40,096 nucleotides of DNA from an uncultured Eggerthellaceae bacterium (GCA_965147515.1 CBCTKQ010000001.1:1-40096), one strand, 5' to 3'; positions 24,619 to 32,482 are shown, counted from the stretch's first letter. Program-made: numbers and translations. The notes: generated by a model from the letters alone, not told the origin.

Positions 24619-25260
24619 GAGAAGCCCTACCTGACCCTTGAAGAGGCAGCGGCTTTCTTCCATATCGGCATCCATCGGCTGAGGGAATTGTCGAATGCGG
24701 ATGACTGCGACTTCGTTGTGTGGATTGGGAGCAAGCGCCTCTTCAAGCAGATTGATGTGAACCACACGCTTGTGTACTACAACACCGGAGGATACGGCTG
24801 CAAAGGCGGCTCGATGTATGCGATCAATGACACCAAGACGCCAGCGGGAATGCGGATCCTCCCGATGCTCGATGATGTGGAGGACTTGCTCGACGAGGAG
24901 ATCGAGCGCCAGCGAGCCGATCATATCCGCTCGCGTATGGTGATAGACGGCTACCGGGACTTCGTGTTCCTCAACCGATTCGGTGATGTGCTGAACGAGG
25001 GAACCCTCAACAAGGCTCTGAAACGAATCATACGCGACTGCAACTTCGAGCAGATGGAGAAGGGCGGCGATCTGCTCCTGCCGAATTTCAGCTGCCATTG
25101 GCTGCGCCACACGTTCTCGACAAGGATGGTGGAAAGCGGCCTCCACGACAAGGCGCGAATGTATCTGATGGGACACGAGAGCCTTGACACCACTGATACG
25201 ATTTACACCGATGCGCAGCCCGAGTTTCTCAGGCGCGAGATGCTGAAGATGGCCGCCTAG
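24619..25260 (+). pseudogene. in-frame fusion of an excisionase-type HTH N-terminus to the catalytic C-terminal domain of a tyrosine recombinase
   Basis: EKPYLTLEEAAAFFHIGIHRLRELSNADDCDFVVWIGSKRLFKQ is Xis/MerR-like HTH. It is followed directly by IDVNHTL...TKTPAGMRILPM...HWLRHTF...LMGHESLDTTDTIYTD, which carries the R, HxxR, H and Y catalytic residues. No arm-binding or core-binding domain and no clear start codon are present. Confidence 0.7.
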
Positions 25261-25282
25261 CAAGACGATCTCGCTGATTGAG

Positions 25283-25310
25283 CTTACGGCAACTTACGGT
25301 AGGTTTACGG
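25283..25310 (+). repeat. TTACGG direct-repeat array, right arm of island 1
   Basis: CTTACGG, CTTACGG and TTTACGG start at 25283, 25293 and 25304 (10-11 nt phasing). A further TTTACGG lies at 25386-25392. Confidence 0.6.
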
Positions 25311-25416
25311 TAAAATGGCTCAAGTTGCGTGACATTTTCAGAAGGGTCGTGTAACGGTGCAAGAAGAAAGCCCAGTTCAAGAAGGTTTACGGAAGGACGG
25401 CGAAGGTCAACAGAAC

Positions 25417-25455
25417 GACGTCCAACTTATCCCGCACATGCGCGAAGAGGCATAA
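25417..25455 (+). repeat. att core copy B (displaced or element-borne lysS 3' end remnant)
   Basis: It translates as DVQLIPHMREEA* versus lysS DVLLFPHMRDEA*. Identity to copy A is 29/39 nt. About 90 nt downstream is also homologous to the sequence downstream of copy A. Confidence 0.7.
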
Positions 25456-25502
25456 ATAAACACCCTATTAACTGGTAACTCTTTTTCGCGGAAACCGCAA
25501 AT

Positions 25503-25523
25503 CTTACGGATTTACGGCAAAAG
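25503..25523 (+). repeat. TTACGG repeat pair, left arm of island 2
   Basis: CTTACGG A TTTACGG CAAAAG. It shares the TTTACGGCAAAAG ending with 12816-12828. Confidence 0.6.
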
Positions 25524-25640
25524 CCTTTATGGTTGGGGTTATAGGACGCTCATTCCGTCATATAACCCCAGGGCATCTTGTAAAGCCGCATATTGCGATT
25601 GGAAAAGTGCAGCTTGCCCAAACGGTCGATGTTATTCCGG

Positions 25641-25709
25641 CCAAATGACCGAATTTATGTCGTCCAAATGACCGATGTTATTGTTGCCAAATGACCGAAG
25701 TTATTCTAA
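25641..25709 (+). repeat. three tandem 23-bp direct repeats upstream of the ATPase gene (iteron/operator-like)
   Basis: CCAAATGACCGA is exact at 25641, 25664 and 25687, each followed by (A/T)(T/G)TTAT. A partial copy GGTCGATGTTATT lies at 25624-25636. Confidence 0.8.
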
Positions 25710-25733
25710 ACTCCCTGGTAAAGGGAGGGTTTT

Positions 25734-27023
25734 ATGCAAAAGTATTACCCACGCGTTATGGATTCAATTCTCGACTTCGGCCTTCGTGCATCGGGTGCCG
25801 TTCTCATCCGCGGACCGAAATGGTGCGGTAAATCGACTACGGCCGAGCAGAAGGCGGCAAGCGTCGTTTTCATGCAGGATCGCGAAACGAGCGCTCAAAA
25901 CATCGAGTTGGCAAAGAATGCTCCGCCTCTTTTGCTTGACGGACCTGCCCCTCGTCTCATTGATGAGTGGCAAGTGGTTCCTTCGCTCTGGGATCAGGTT
26001 CGCTACGAAGTCGACAAGCGTGGGGAGAACGGCCAGTTCATACTCACGGGCTCAGCCACGCCTCTGGATGAGCCCGAGGGTGTAGGCTCCAGCCTTTACG
26101 AACATAGCGGAATAGGACGCATCAATCCCCTTACCATGCGCACGATGTCCCTCTTCGAATCGCAGGATGGGACGGGGGCCATATCGCTTTCTGCGCTGTT
26201 CGAGGAAAGGGATATCGAGCCGTCCCAATGCGGCCTGACATTAAAAGACTATGCCTACCTTGTCTGTAGAGGAGGATGGCCTCGAGCGGTTGGGCTTGAC
26301 CATGATGTGGCGCTTGAACAGCCCTATGTTTTCTACAACGGTCTTGTCAACGACGACATAAACCGTGTTTTCAAGCGCGCGAAGAACCCGGAGCGCATCA
26401 AGCGCTTCATGCGGTCCTATGCACGGGCCGTGTCCACTGAGACCTCGATTGCCGAAATCCGAAAGGACATGGCGGCGAATGATGAATCCGTCTTAAGCGA
26501 TGAAACTATAGCTCTCTATATCGCGGCCATGGAGAAGCTGTTCGTCATAGAGAACCTTCCTGCATGGAACCCCAACCTGCGTTCGAAAACCGCTGTGAGG
26601 TCGTCGGATACGAAGCACTTCGTCGACCCTTCCATCGCGACGGCCGCCCTAGGTCTCGGCCCCGAGGACCTTCTTAACGATCTTGAGACCTTCGGTCTTC
26701 TTTTCGAGTCCCTTTGCGTGCGTGATCTTCGCATTTATGCCGAAAGCCTTAAGGGTCAGGTCTATCACTATCGTGATAAGAAGGGGCGCGAGGTCGATGC
26801 GGTAATACACTTGCGCAACGGAAACTGGGCCGCTGTCGAGGTGAAGCTTGCGAACCAGGAGAGGATCGAGGAAGCGGCGGGAAACCTCATAAAGCTCGTC
26901 GCCGACATTGACACTGAAAAGATGAAGGCGCCCAGCTTCCTCGCAGTCGTGACGGCAACGCCTTACGCCTATCGGCGGGAAGACGGTGTATACGTGGTGC
27001 CGTTGGGGTGCATGCGACCGTAG
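25734..27023 (+). CDS. AAA-domain ATPase with C-terminal DUF4143-like domain
   Basis: 429 aa. Walker A is GPKWCGKST and Walker B-like is LIDEWQ. The C-terminal part carries FESLCVRDLRIYA and YHYRDKKGREVDAV, typical of the AAA_14/DUF4143 architecture. Confidence 0.75.
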   Translation: MQKYYPRVMDSILDFGLRASGAVLIRGPKWCGKSTTAEQKAASVVFMQDRETSAQNIELAKNAPPLLLDGPAPRLIDEWQVVPSLWDQVRYEVDKRGENGQFILTGSATPLDEPEGVGSSLYEHSGIGRINPLTMRTMSLFESQDGTGAISLSALFEERDIEPSQCGLTLKDYAYLVCRGGWPRAVGLDHDVALEQPYVFYNGLVNDDINRVFKRAKNPERIKRFMRSYARAVSTETSIAEIRKDMAANDESVLSDETIALYIAAMEKLFVIENLPAWNPNLRSKTAVRSSDTKHFVDPSIATAALGLGPEDLLNDLETFGLLFESLCVRDLRIYAESLKGQVYHYRDKKGREVDAVIHLRNGNWAAVEVKLANQERIEEAAGNLIKLVADIDTEKMKAPSFLAVVTATPYAYRREDGVYVVPLGCMRP

Positions 27024-27103
27024 GTTCTGAAATGTGACAGGGTGCGCGCCATTTGTTTCGTTTCTGCATGCACGAAAGTGCGTGAAGCGGACAATTCTTC
27101 AGG

Positions 27104-27793
27104 CTATGCGTCAAGCTTCGGAACGTACTTGTCGTCGTAGGCGAAATCCACGTAATAACGGTTGTCGATAGGCAGCGTATCGAAAATCTCCTTGCCGCGC
27201 TCGATGTACTTCTTGATGGTCTCGTCGTCCATCCCCAGCTGGCGCATGAAGAACCTGATACCGAACTCGGCTGACTCTTCGTACGTGTAGTCGAACTCCG
27301 AATGCTCCATGGCGTTCAGGATGCCGTCTGACATTCCAACCTGGGTCGAGACGATCAGGGCGAGTTCCTTATCGTCGATGTCGATCCCCTGGTCTTCCAT
27401 CACGCATTGATAGAAATAGCGGATGGCTTCGATGGAGGAGGCGGTCGGAAGCTTGTCGGCCGAGAGGTCAAGGAGGAAGCGGCGTATGTTCTCGTCCTCG
27501 TAGATTCGCTTCCACATGTGGTAGTTCTCGATCACCATCAGTTCGGTCTTGGAATAGCGGTCGCCGCACATCTTCTCTATGTACGTCTTGTTCTCGCGCT
27601 CGTATTCGGCGTCTATGATTGCAGCCAGCTCGCGCTTGCTGCCGAAGTGGTAGGTGATCGTTCCGGGAGGGATGTCTGCAGCCTTGCAGATGTCTTCATA
27701 GGTGGTGTTTTCGTAACCGTTGCGGTAGAAGAGCTTCTTGCAGGTGTCCAGGATCAGCTTCTTCTTCTTCTCGCCGGCGCTCATCTTGACCAT
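27104..27793 (-). CDS. TetR/AcrR-family transcriptional regulator
   Basis: N-terminal HTH KLILDTCKKLFYRNGYENTTYEDICKAADIPPGTITYHFGSKRELA. ATG at 27793 lies 6 nt after GGAG. It is divergent from the nitrilase operon. Confidence 0.85.
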   Translation of the reverse strand: MVKMSAGEKKKKLILDTCKKLFYRNGYENTTYEDICKAADIPPGTITYHFGSKRELAAIIDAEYERENKTYIEKMCGDRYSKTELMVIENYHMWKRIYEDENIRRFLLDLSADKLPTASSIEAIRYFYQCVMEDQGIDIDDKELALIVSTQVGMSDGILNAMEHSEFDYTYEESAEFGIRFFMRQLGMDDETIKKYIERGKEIFDTLPIDNRYYVDFAYDDKYVPKLDA

Positions 27794-27893
27794 CGTCGAC
27801 TCCGATCGAATCAATTCAACGATCCAATTATCGCCGAATATGTTTCCTTTTCAATCGAATCGCGAGGAAAGGCAAGCTAGGCGCAAGATTCGA

Positions 27894-27909
27894 AGTGAGT
27901 GTGCTCAAA
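27894..27909. promoter_or_regulatory. operator-like imperfect palindrome O1
   Basis: AGTGAGTGTGCTCAAA matches O2 at 12 of 16 positions (TGAGTG..CTCAAA). Confidence 0.5.
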
Positions 27910-27933
27910 ATCTGAAAATCATCAAAAATTATC

Positions 27934-27961
27934 TTGACGAAATCCGCACACAAAGAATATT
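27934..27961 (+). promoter_or_regulatory. putative promoter of the nitrilase operon
   Basis: TTGACG at 27934-27939, a 16-nt spacer, then AATATT at 27956-27961. Confidence 0.4.
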
Positions 27962-27975
27962 CTTTCATTACCGAA

Positions 27976-27991
27976 TTTGAGTGCACTCAAA
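27976..27991. promoter_or_regulatory. perfect 16-bp palindrome O2, candidate TetR operator
   Basis: TTTGAGTG|CACTCAAA is exactly self-complementary. An extra half-site TGCACTCAAG lies at 27999-28008. It sits between the putative -10 box and the nitrilase RBS. Confidence 0.65.
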
Positions 27992-28024
27992 AAAGAAATG
28001 CACTCAAGAGAGAGGAGGCCATGT

Positions 28025-28933
28025 ATGGCCGTTCTAGCAAGCGTCGCGATGGACCCCGTTCGCGACAAGGAGGCGAACAAGGCGAAGATGACCCGCTTCG
28101 TGAACGAGGCGGCGGCCCAGGGAGCGGATTTCATCCTGTTCCCCGAGTTGGCGTTGGGGGGCCTTCCGGAGAACCCGATGTTCATCTTCAACCCCAACGA
28201 CGCCTTCTATCAGCACGAAGTTGCCGAGGTCGTGCCCGACGGCCCTTCCACGCAGTACTTCATCAACCTGGCGAAGGAGAAGGACATCTACATCGCCTGG
28301 GGCATGACCGAGCAGGATCCCGACGATTTCGACATCATCTATAACTCGCTGGTCCTGGTCGGCCCCGAGGGATTCGTGGGAAAGTACCGCAAGGTGCACC
28401 TTCCTCTGACCGAGCGGATCATGATGTATCCGGGCGATGGCGATTACCCGGTGTTCGAGACCCGTTTCGGCAAGGTCGGCCTCATGATCTGCTTCGACAA
28501 GGCGTATCCCGAAGTCGCGCGCAGCCTTGCCCTCAAAGGCGCGGAAATCCTTCTGTGCCCGACAGCGTGGCCTTCCATCGAGCCCAGCGAGGACGACAAC
28601 GATTTCAAGGCGGGCAACGTGTTCAGCTTCGCCCGGGCCCTCGAGAACATGTGCTTCTTCATCGACTCCTGCGTGAGTGGGCAGTATGAGATGGGCCACA
28701 GCCGCATCATCGGGCCCAACCCTATGCAAATCTGCGCCACCACCGGGTTCGAGGAAGGCATGGCCATTGCCGACGTTGACGTTCATGGCGAGATCTTCAA
28801 GGCACGTCTGGCTTCCATGGCCGGTTCGGACCTGCTGAAGGACCGCAAGCCTGCCACCTACGGCGACTTGGTCAAGGCGAACAAGCGCAATCCAATCTCT
28901 GGGGACGTTGGGCAGTTCGAGCCGACTGCGTAG
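28025..28933 (+). CDS. carbon-nitrogen hydrolase (nitrilase-superfamily) protein
   Basis: ATG at 28025 lies 6 nt after AGGAGG. The catalytic triad context is present: FPELAL (Glu), YRKVHLP (Lys), GLMICFD (Cys). Confidence 0.85.
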   Translation: MAVLASVAMDPVRDKEANKAKMTRFVNEAAAQGADFILFPELALGGLPENPMFIFNPNDAFYQHEVAEVVPDGPSTQYFINLAKEKDIYIAWGMTEQDPDDFDIIYNSLVLVGPEGFVGKYRKVHLPLTERIMMYPGDGDYPVFETRFGKVGLMICFDKAYPEVARSLALKGAEILLCPTAWPSIEPSEDDNDFKAGNVFSFARALENMCFFIDSCVSGQYEMGHSRIIGPNPMQICATTGFEEGMAIADVDVHGEIFKARLASMAGSDLLKDRKPATYGDLVKANKRNPISGDVGQFEPTA

Positions 28934-29073
28934 CGTGGAGCAAGCCAGAAAGCTTGCCTGCTTTTCGATATCCGATGGGGCTGCCGGCATGACATCGCCT
29001 GGTAACGAACATGCCGACAGCATGATTCCGGGGTCGAAGACCCTGGAGACATTTTAAAGAAGGAGCGTTCTCC

Positions 29074-29622
29074 ATGAATCCATTCAAAGGTCCTGGCGGT
29101 TACGGTCGCATCGTCAACGGCGTCATGAACATCGTCATGTGCGCCATCCTGTCCCTATACGTTCTGTGGACGGTTCAAAACATCCCCGGCAACGAGGCGC
29201 TTCCGATATTGACGCCCATAGGGTTCTTCGTCTCGTTCGTCACTAGCTTCTGCGTGGGCGAGTTCGTCGGCGACCACGTTCCAGCGCTTGCGTGGGGACA
29301 GAAGCTTGCCGATGCCATGCATGTGAAAAATCGCATCGGGCGTCATTTCATCAGCGTGCTCATCCTCGCTATCGTCATGATAGGCTGCATCAGCTTCATC
29401 TGCACCTGGATCAACAACATCCAGCAGGTTGGATGGGATGGAACCGTCGCCGCATGGTGGATGGTGTTTCCCTTCCTGCTGGTGAGCGGCTACATCGTCG
29501 AGCTCATCATGCTTCCCATAGCAATGAAGATGGCGGCCGCAATCAGCGGCTTCGACCCGAACAACCTTCCTGCGCCTGAAGGTGACGTGAACGCCGAGAT
29601 GCCTGTGGAGCCTGGCGTTTAG
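29074..29622 (+). CDS. hypothetical 4-TM membrane protein
   Basis: 182 aa, AGGAG RBS 8 nt upstream, four clear hydrophobic segments. I cannot place the family with confidence. Confidence 0.6.
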   Translation: MNPFKGPGGYGRIVNGVMNIVMCAILSLYVLWTVQNIPGNEALPILTPIGFFVSFVTSFCVGEFVGDHVPALAWGQKLADAMHVKNRIGRHFISVLILAIVMIGCISFICTWINNIQQVGWDGTVAAWWMVFPFLLVSGYIVELIMLPIAMKMAAAISGFDPNNLPAPEGDVNAEMPVEPGV

Positions 29623-29644
29623 CAACACATTCACTCCCTAGATA

Positions 29645-29674
29645 GATGATGCCCGCTTTGATGCGGGCATCATC
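29645..29674 (+). other. perfect 12-bp hairpin (terminator-like, no U-tract)
   Basis: GATGATGCCCGC-TTTGAT-GCGGGCATCATC lies between the membrane protein and DMT genes. Confidence 0.6.
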
Positions 29675-29700
29675 ATGTACAAGGACGAGGGGATCGAACA

Positions 29701-30645
29701 ATGACTGCATCAGCGAGCATTTCGAAAGTCGAAAAAACACAAGCCAGACCAGGCCGCATCATAGCCATGCTGCTCGCCTTCGTCGCCGGCGCCTCGTACG
29801 GTGTCGCAGGCGCGGTCAGCCGCCTTGTTGCGCAGCAGGGATTCACGGTCAGCCAGATTGTGGTGGCCCAAACCTGGTCTGCGGTCATCATGCTGGGAAT
29901 TTTTGTGCTGGCAAAGTTTCGACCGCACATGAAGGCGAAGGAAATCTTGCAGCTCATGGGGGTTGGATGCCTGCTGATTCTGTCCGGATACTGCTACTAC
30001 ACGGCGATAAGCATGCTTACCGTGGGAACCGCTGTGGCGATACAGTTCCAGTACGTGTGGATCGTCGTGGTGATTGCGGCCATCGTGGACCGAAAGCGGC
30101 CTACCAAGTGGGTGGTGCTCTCGTCAGTGCTCATTGTCTTCGGGACCTTGTTCGCCAGCGGGATGGCAGGCGAGGTCATCGACAACGGCGGCCTTCGCAT
30201 GAATCCCGTCGGGCTGTTGGTGGCCGCCTGCTGCGCCATGAGCTACAGCTTGTTCATCTTCCTCAACGGCAAGGTGGCGGTGGAGCATCACCCCGTGACG
30301 CGCTCGTTTTTCATGATGGCAGGGGGCGTCATCCTGGCTTCCGTGCTGTGTCCTGGTTTCTATCTTGGCGAGTGCGACGTGGTTGCGATAATCCCGGGCG
30401 GCATAGTGATGGGGCTCATATCTTCCGTCGCTCCGTGCATCTGCCTTGCGGCTTCGTCTTCGAAGCTGCCTGGAAGCCTCGTGGCGATTCTGACCTCTTC
30501 GGAGCTTCCGTTCGCCGTTCTCGCCGGATTCCTCATGTTCGGAGAGGCCGTCACGCCCCTGGTGTCTTTCGGGGTGGTGCTCATCCTGTGTGCAATCGTG
30601 CTTTCCGAGATGGGGTCGTTCGCCAAAAGGAGGCGTCCGGCTTAA
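29701..30645 (+). CDS. DMT-superfamily (EamA-like) transporter, paralog of 13640-14575
   Basis: 314 aa, 10 TM. Shared blocks with the island 1 copy include LxLMGxG, FQxxWIxxVI, RxRPT and SSELP. Confidence 0.75.
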   Translation: MTASASISKVEKTQARPGRIIAMLLAFVAGASYGVAGAVSRLVAQQGFTVSQIVVAQTWSAVIMLGIFVLAKFRPHMKAKEILQLMGVGCLLILSGYCYYTAISMLTVGTAVAIQFQYVWIVVVIAAIVDRKRPTKWVVLSSVLIVFGTLFASGMAGEVIDNGGLRMNPVGLLVAACCAMSYSLFIFLNGKVAVEHHPVTRSFFMMAGGVILASVLCPGFYLGECDVVAIIPGGIVMGLISSVAPCICLAASSSKLPGSLVAILTSSELPFAVLAGFLMFGEAVTPLVSFGVVLILCAIVLSEMGSFAKRRRPA

Positions 30646-30670
30646 AGGTTAGGCCTCAAGCCCATTACTT

Positions 30671-30691
30671 CATACGAGCGAAGAGGCATAG
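30671..30691 (+). repeat. att core copy C (most degenerate lysS 3'-end remnant)
   Basis: CATACGAGCGAAGAGGCATAG versus copy B CACATGCGCGAAGAGGCATAA is 17/21 identical, including an exact 13-mer GCGAAGAGGCATA. A stop codon sits at the same position. Confidence 0.45.
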
Positions 30692-30784
30692 GCATCGCGT
30701 TCCAGCCTCGTTCTTGTTGACCAACCTCCACACGCGGTCAAGCCGCTAAGGGTATACAATGCTTATGCTTTTGTTTTATGAAGC

Positions 30785-32482
30785 ATGAAGCGTGCAGCGA
30801 ATCGGGCGGACGTTAGGCGTGGGCGTATGGACAGCAAGGACATCAACGACGAGCTTTCGATATTCGACTCGACGCAGGTGAACGTGATGGGCCTTCTCGA
30901 CGAGATGCCCGGAGGGTTCTTCATCTACCACGCCGACGGCGACGAGAGGCTGATATACGCCAACGACGCATGCCTGCGCATCTTCGGGTGCGAAACGCTC
31001 GACCAGTTCAAAAGCCTCACCGGGTTCACCTTCCCGGGGATGGTGCACCCCGACGACCTTGGCTCCATAGAGGAATCCATCGCGCGCCAGATACGCAACG
31101 ACAAGCACAAGATGGACTACGTCGAGTACCGCATCAACACGCTCGACGGGTCGGTGCGGTGGATACAGGACTACGGCCATTACGTGTCCACCGAGTCGGG
31201 CGACTTCTTCTACGTGTTCATAAACGACGCGACCGAGCGGCTTCGCGAGCGCATGGAGCAGCTCGAATGCATGAACAAGGACCTCGCCGAGGCCTTCAAG
31301 CGCGAGCGCGAGCACAAGGACATGCTTCGCAAGGCCCTGCAGCAGGCGAACGTGGCGAACGTCGCCAAGACGACGTTCCTCAACAACATGAGCCACAACA
31401 TCCGCACGCTGCTCAATGCCATTGCCGGATACTCCCACATGATCTTCGGACATGCGAAGAAGGCCGACCTTGTGAGGGAGTACTCGCAGCACATCGTGGA
31501 GGCCAGCGACCAGCTTCTCGAGGTCGTCGCCGAAACGCTCGAGGTAAGCCGGCTGGAGTCGGGAAGCTCGCAGCTGGTCGAAGAGGAATGCAGCCTGCCC
31601 GAGATCGTTGCCAACATAAAGGCCGCGTTCGTGCAGCGCGCCGTGGAAGAAGGCAAGGACCTTGCCGTAGAGGTCCACGCCCCCGACGATTCCCCGATAA
31701 TCGCAGACGTCCACTGCATCAACCAGATCGTCACCCAGCTGATGGACAACGCCTTCAAGTACACGTCCGAGGGCGACGTGATAAGGCTGCTCGTCGAAGA
31801 GGCGGACGACGCTTCGACCGGCCATGCCAAGGTCAAGATCCTGCTGTCCGACTCAGGCATTGGCATGTCGCCCGACTTCATCGAGCACATGTTCGAGCCG
31901 TTCGAACGCAGCGGGAACACCACCGACACCGGAATCATCGGAACCGGGCTCGGGCTGACCATAGTCAAATACATCGTCGACATGCTGTCTGGCAGCATCG
32001 ACGTGTCCAGCAAGGAAGGGGAGGGCACCACGATAAAGGTGGTGCTGACCCTGAAGCTGGCGTCGAAGTGCGACGTTGCCGGGCATGCTCCGAAGAGGCA
32101 TGGAGGCCGCTACAAGGTGCTGGTGGCGGAAGACAACGCGCTGAACCGCGAGATCATCACCTGCCTGCTCGAGGACTGCGGGCACCAGGTCAGTTCGGTG
32201 GTGAACGGCAAGGAGGCGGTGGAGGCGGTCGCGTCCAGTGCCCCGGGGGACTTCGACGTGGTGCTCATGGACATCCAGATGCCCGTGCTGAACGGCTACG
32301 ACGCAACGTCGCGCATCCGCCGGCTGAAGGACGACAGGCTTGCCAGCATCCCCATCATAGCCGTGACGTCCGACGCGTTCCCCGAGGACAGGAAGCGCTC
32401 CTTCAGCTGCGGCATGAACGAGCACATCCCCAAGCCCATCAACATCGACGTGCTGAACGCCGCGATGGACTCGGTGGTGTAG
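30785..32482 (+). CDS. hybrid sensor histidine kinase / response regulator with N-terminal PAS domain (cytoplasmic)
   Basis: PAS (GGFFIYHADGDERLIYANDACLRIFG...VRWIQDYG), HisKA (FLNNMSHNIRTLLNAI), HATPase_c (DSGIGM, GTGLGLTIV) and REC (VLVAEDNxxN...VLMDIQMPVLNGYDA...IPKP) are present, with no TM segments. The start could be 30785 or 30827. Confidence 0.85.
   Translation: MKRAANRADVRRGRMDSKDINDELSIFDSTQVNVMGLLDEMPGGFFIYHADGDERLIYANDACLRIFGCETLDQFKSLTGFTFPGMVHPDDLGSIEESIARQIRNDKHKMDYVEYRINTLDGSVRWIQDYGHYVSTESGDFFYVFINDATERLRERMEQLECMNKDLAEAFKREREHKDMLRKALQQANVANVAKTTFLNNMSHNIRTLLNAIAGYSHMIFGHAKKADLVREYSQHIVEASDQLLEVVAETLEVSRLESGSSQLVEEECSLPEIVANIKAAFVQRAVEEGKDLAVEVHAPDDSPIIADVHCINQIVTQLMDNAFKYTSEGDVIRLLVEEADDASTGHAKVKILLSDSGIGMSPDFIEHMFEPFERSGNTTDTGIIGTGLGLTIVKYIVDMLSGSIDVSSKEGEGTTIKVVLTLKLASKCDVAGHAPKRHGGRYKVLVAEDNALNREIITCLLEDCGHQVSSVVNGKEAVEAVASSAPGDFDVVLMDIQMPVLNGYDATSRIRRLKDDRLASIPIIAVTSDAFPEDRKRSFSCGMNEHIPKPINIDVLNAAMDSVV

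Larger units (their letters stand above)
12750..25455. mobile_element. integrative island 1 inserted at the 3' end of lysS (degraded ICE/IME-like element with metabolic cargo)
   Basis: Bounded by lysS 3'-end copies A and B. A tyrosine recombinase remnant sits at the right end, with a parA remnant, a sigma-like fragment and an AbiE pair inside. An internal block of visibly lower GC spans about 13490-22900. Confidence 0.7.
25456..30691. mobile_element. island 2: integrase-less remnant accreted in tandem at the same lysS site
   Basis: Its left arm (25456-25530) is homologous to the island 1 left arm (12750-12835). Its right edge is marked by the third lysS-end copy at 30671-30691. GC looks intermediate and returns to high GC after about 30.8 kb. 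Confidence 0.5.

Noticed and set aside
24333-24641. 102-aa ORF (and the 65-aa ORF opposite it) between abiEi and the Xis-like segment.
   Set aside because: It has a Pro/Arg/Gly-rich composition, no RBS and no motif. It is more likely non-coding or relic DNA.
25641-25709. The tandem repeats as a CRISPR array.
   Set aside because: The units are contiguous 23-bp repeats without unique spacers. There are only three copies and no cas genes in the window.
30678-30690. Treating the exact 13-mer shared by att copies B and C as proof of a third att site.
   Set aside because: Roughly ten chance 13-mer matches are expected between arbitrary positions in a 40-kb window. The call therefore rests on context (17/21 extended match, same stop position, GC boundary) and is kept at moderate confidence rather than treated as proven.
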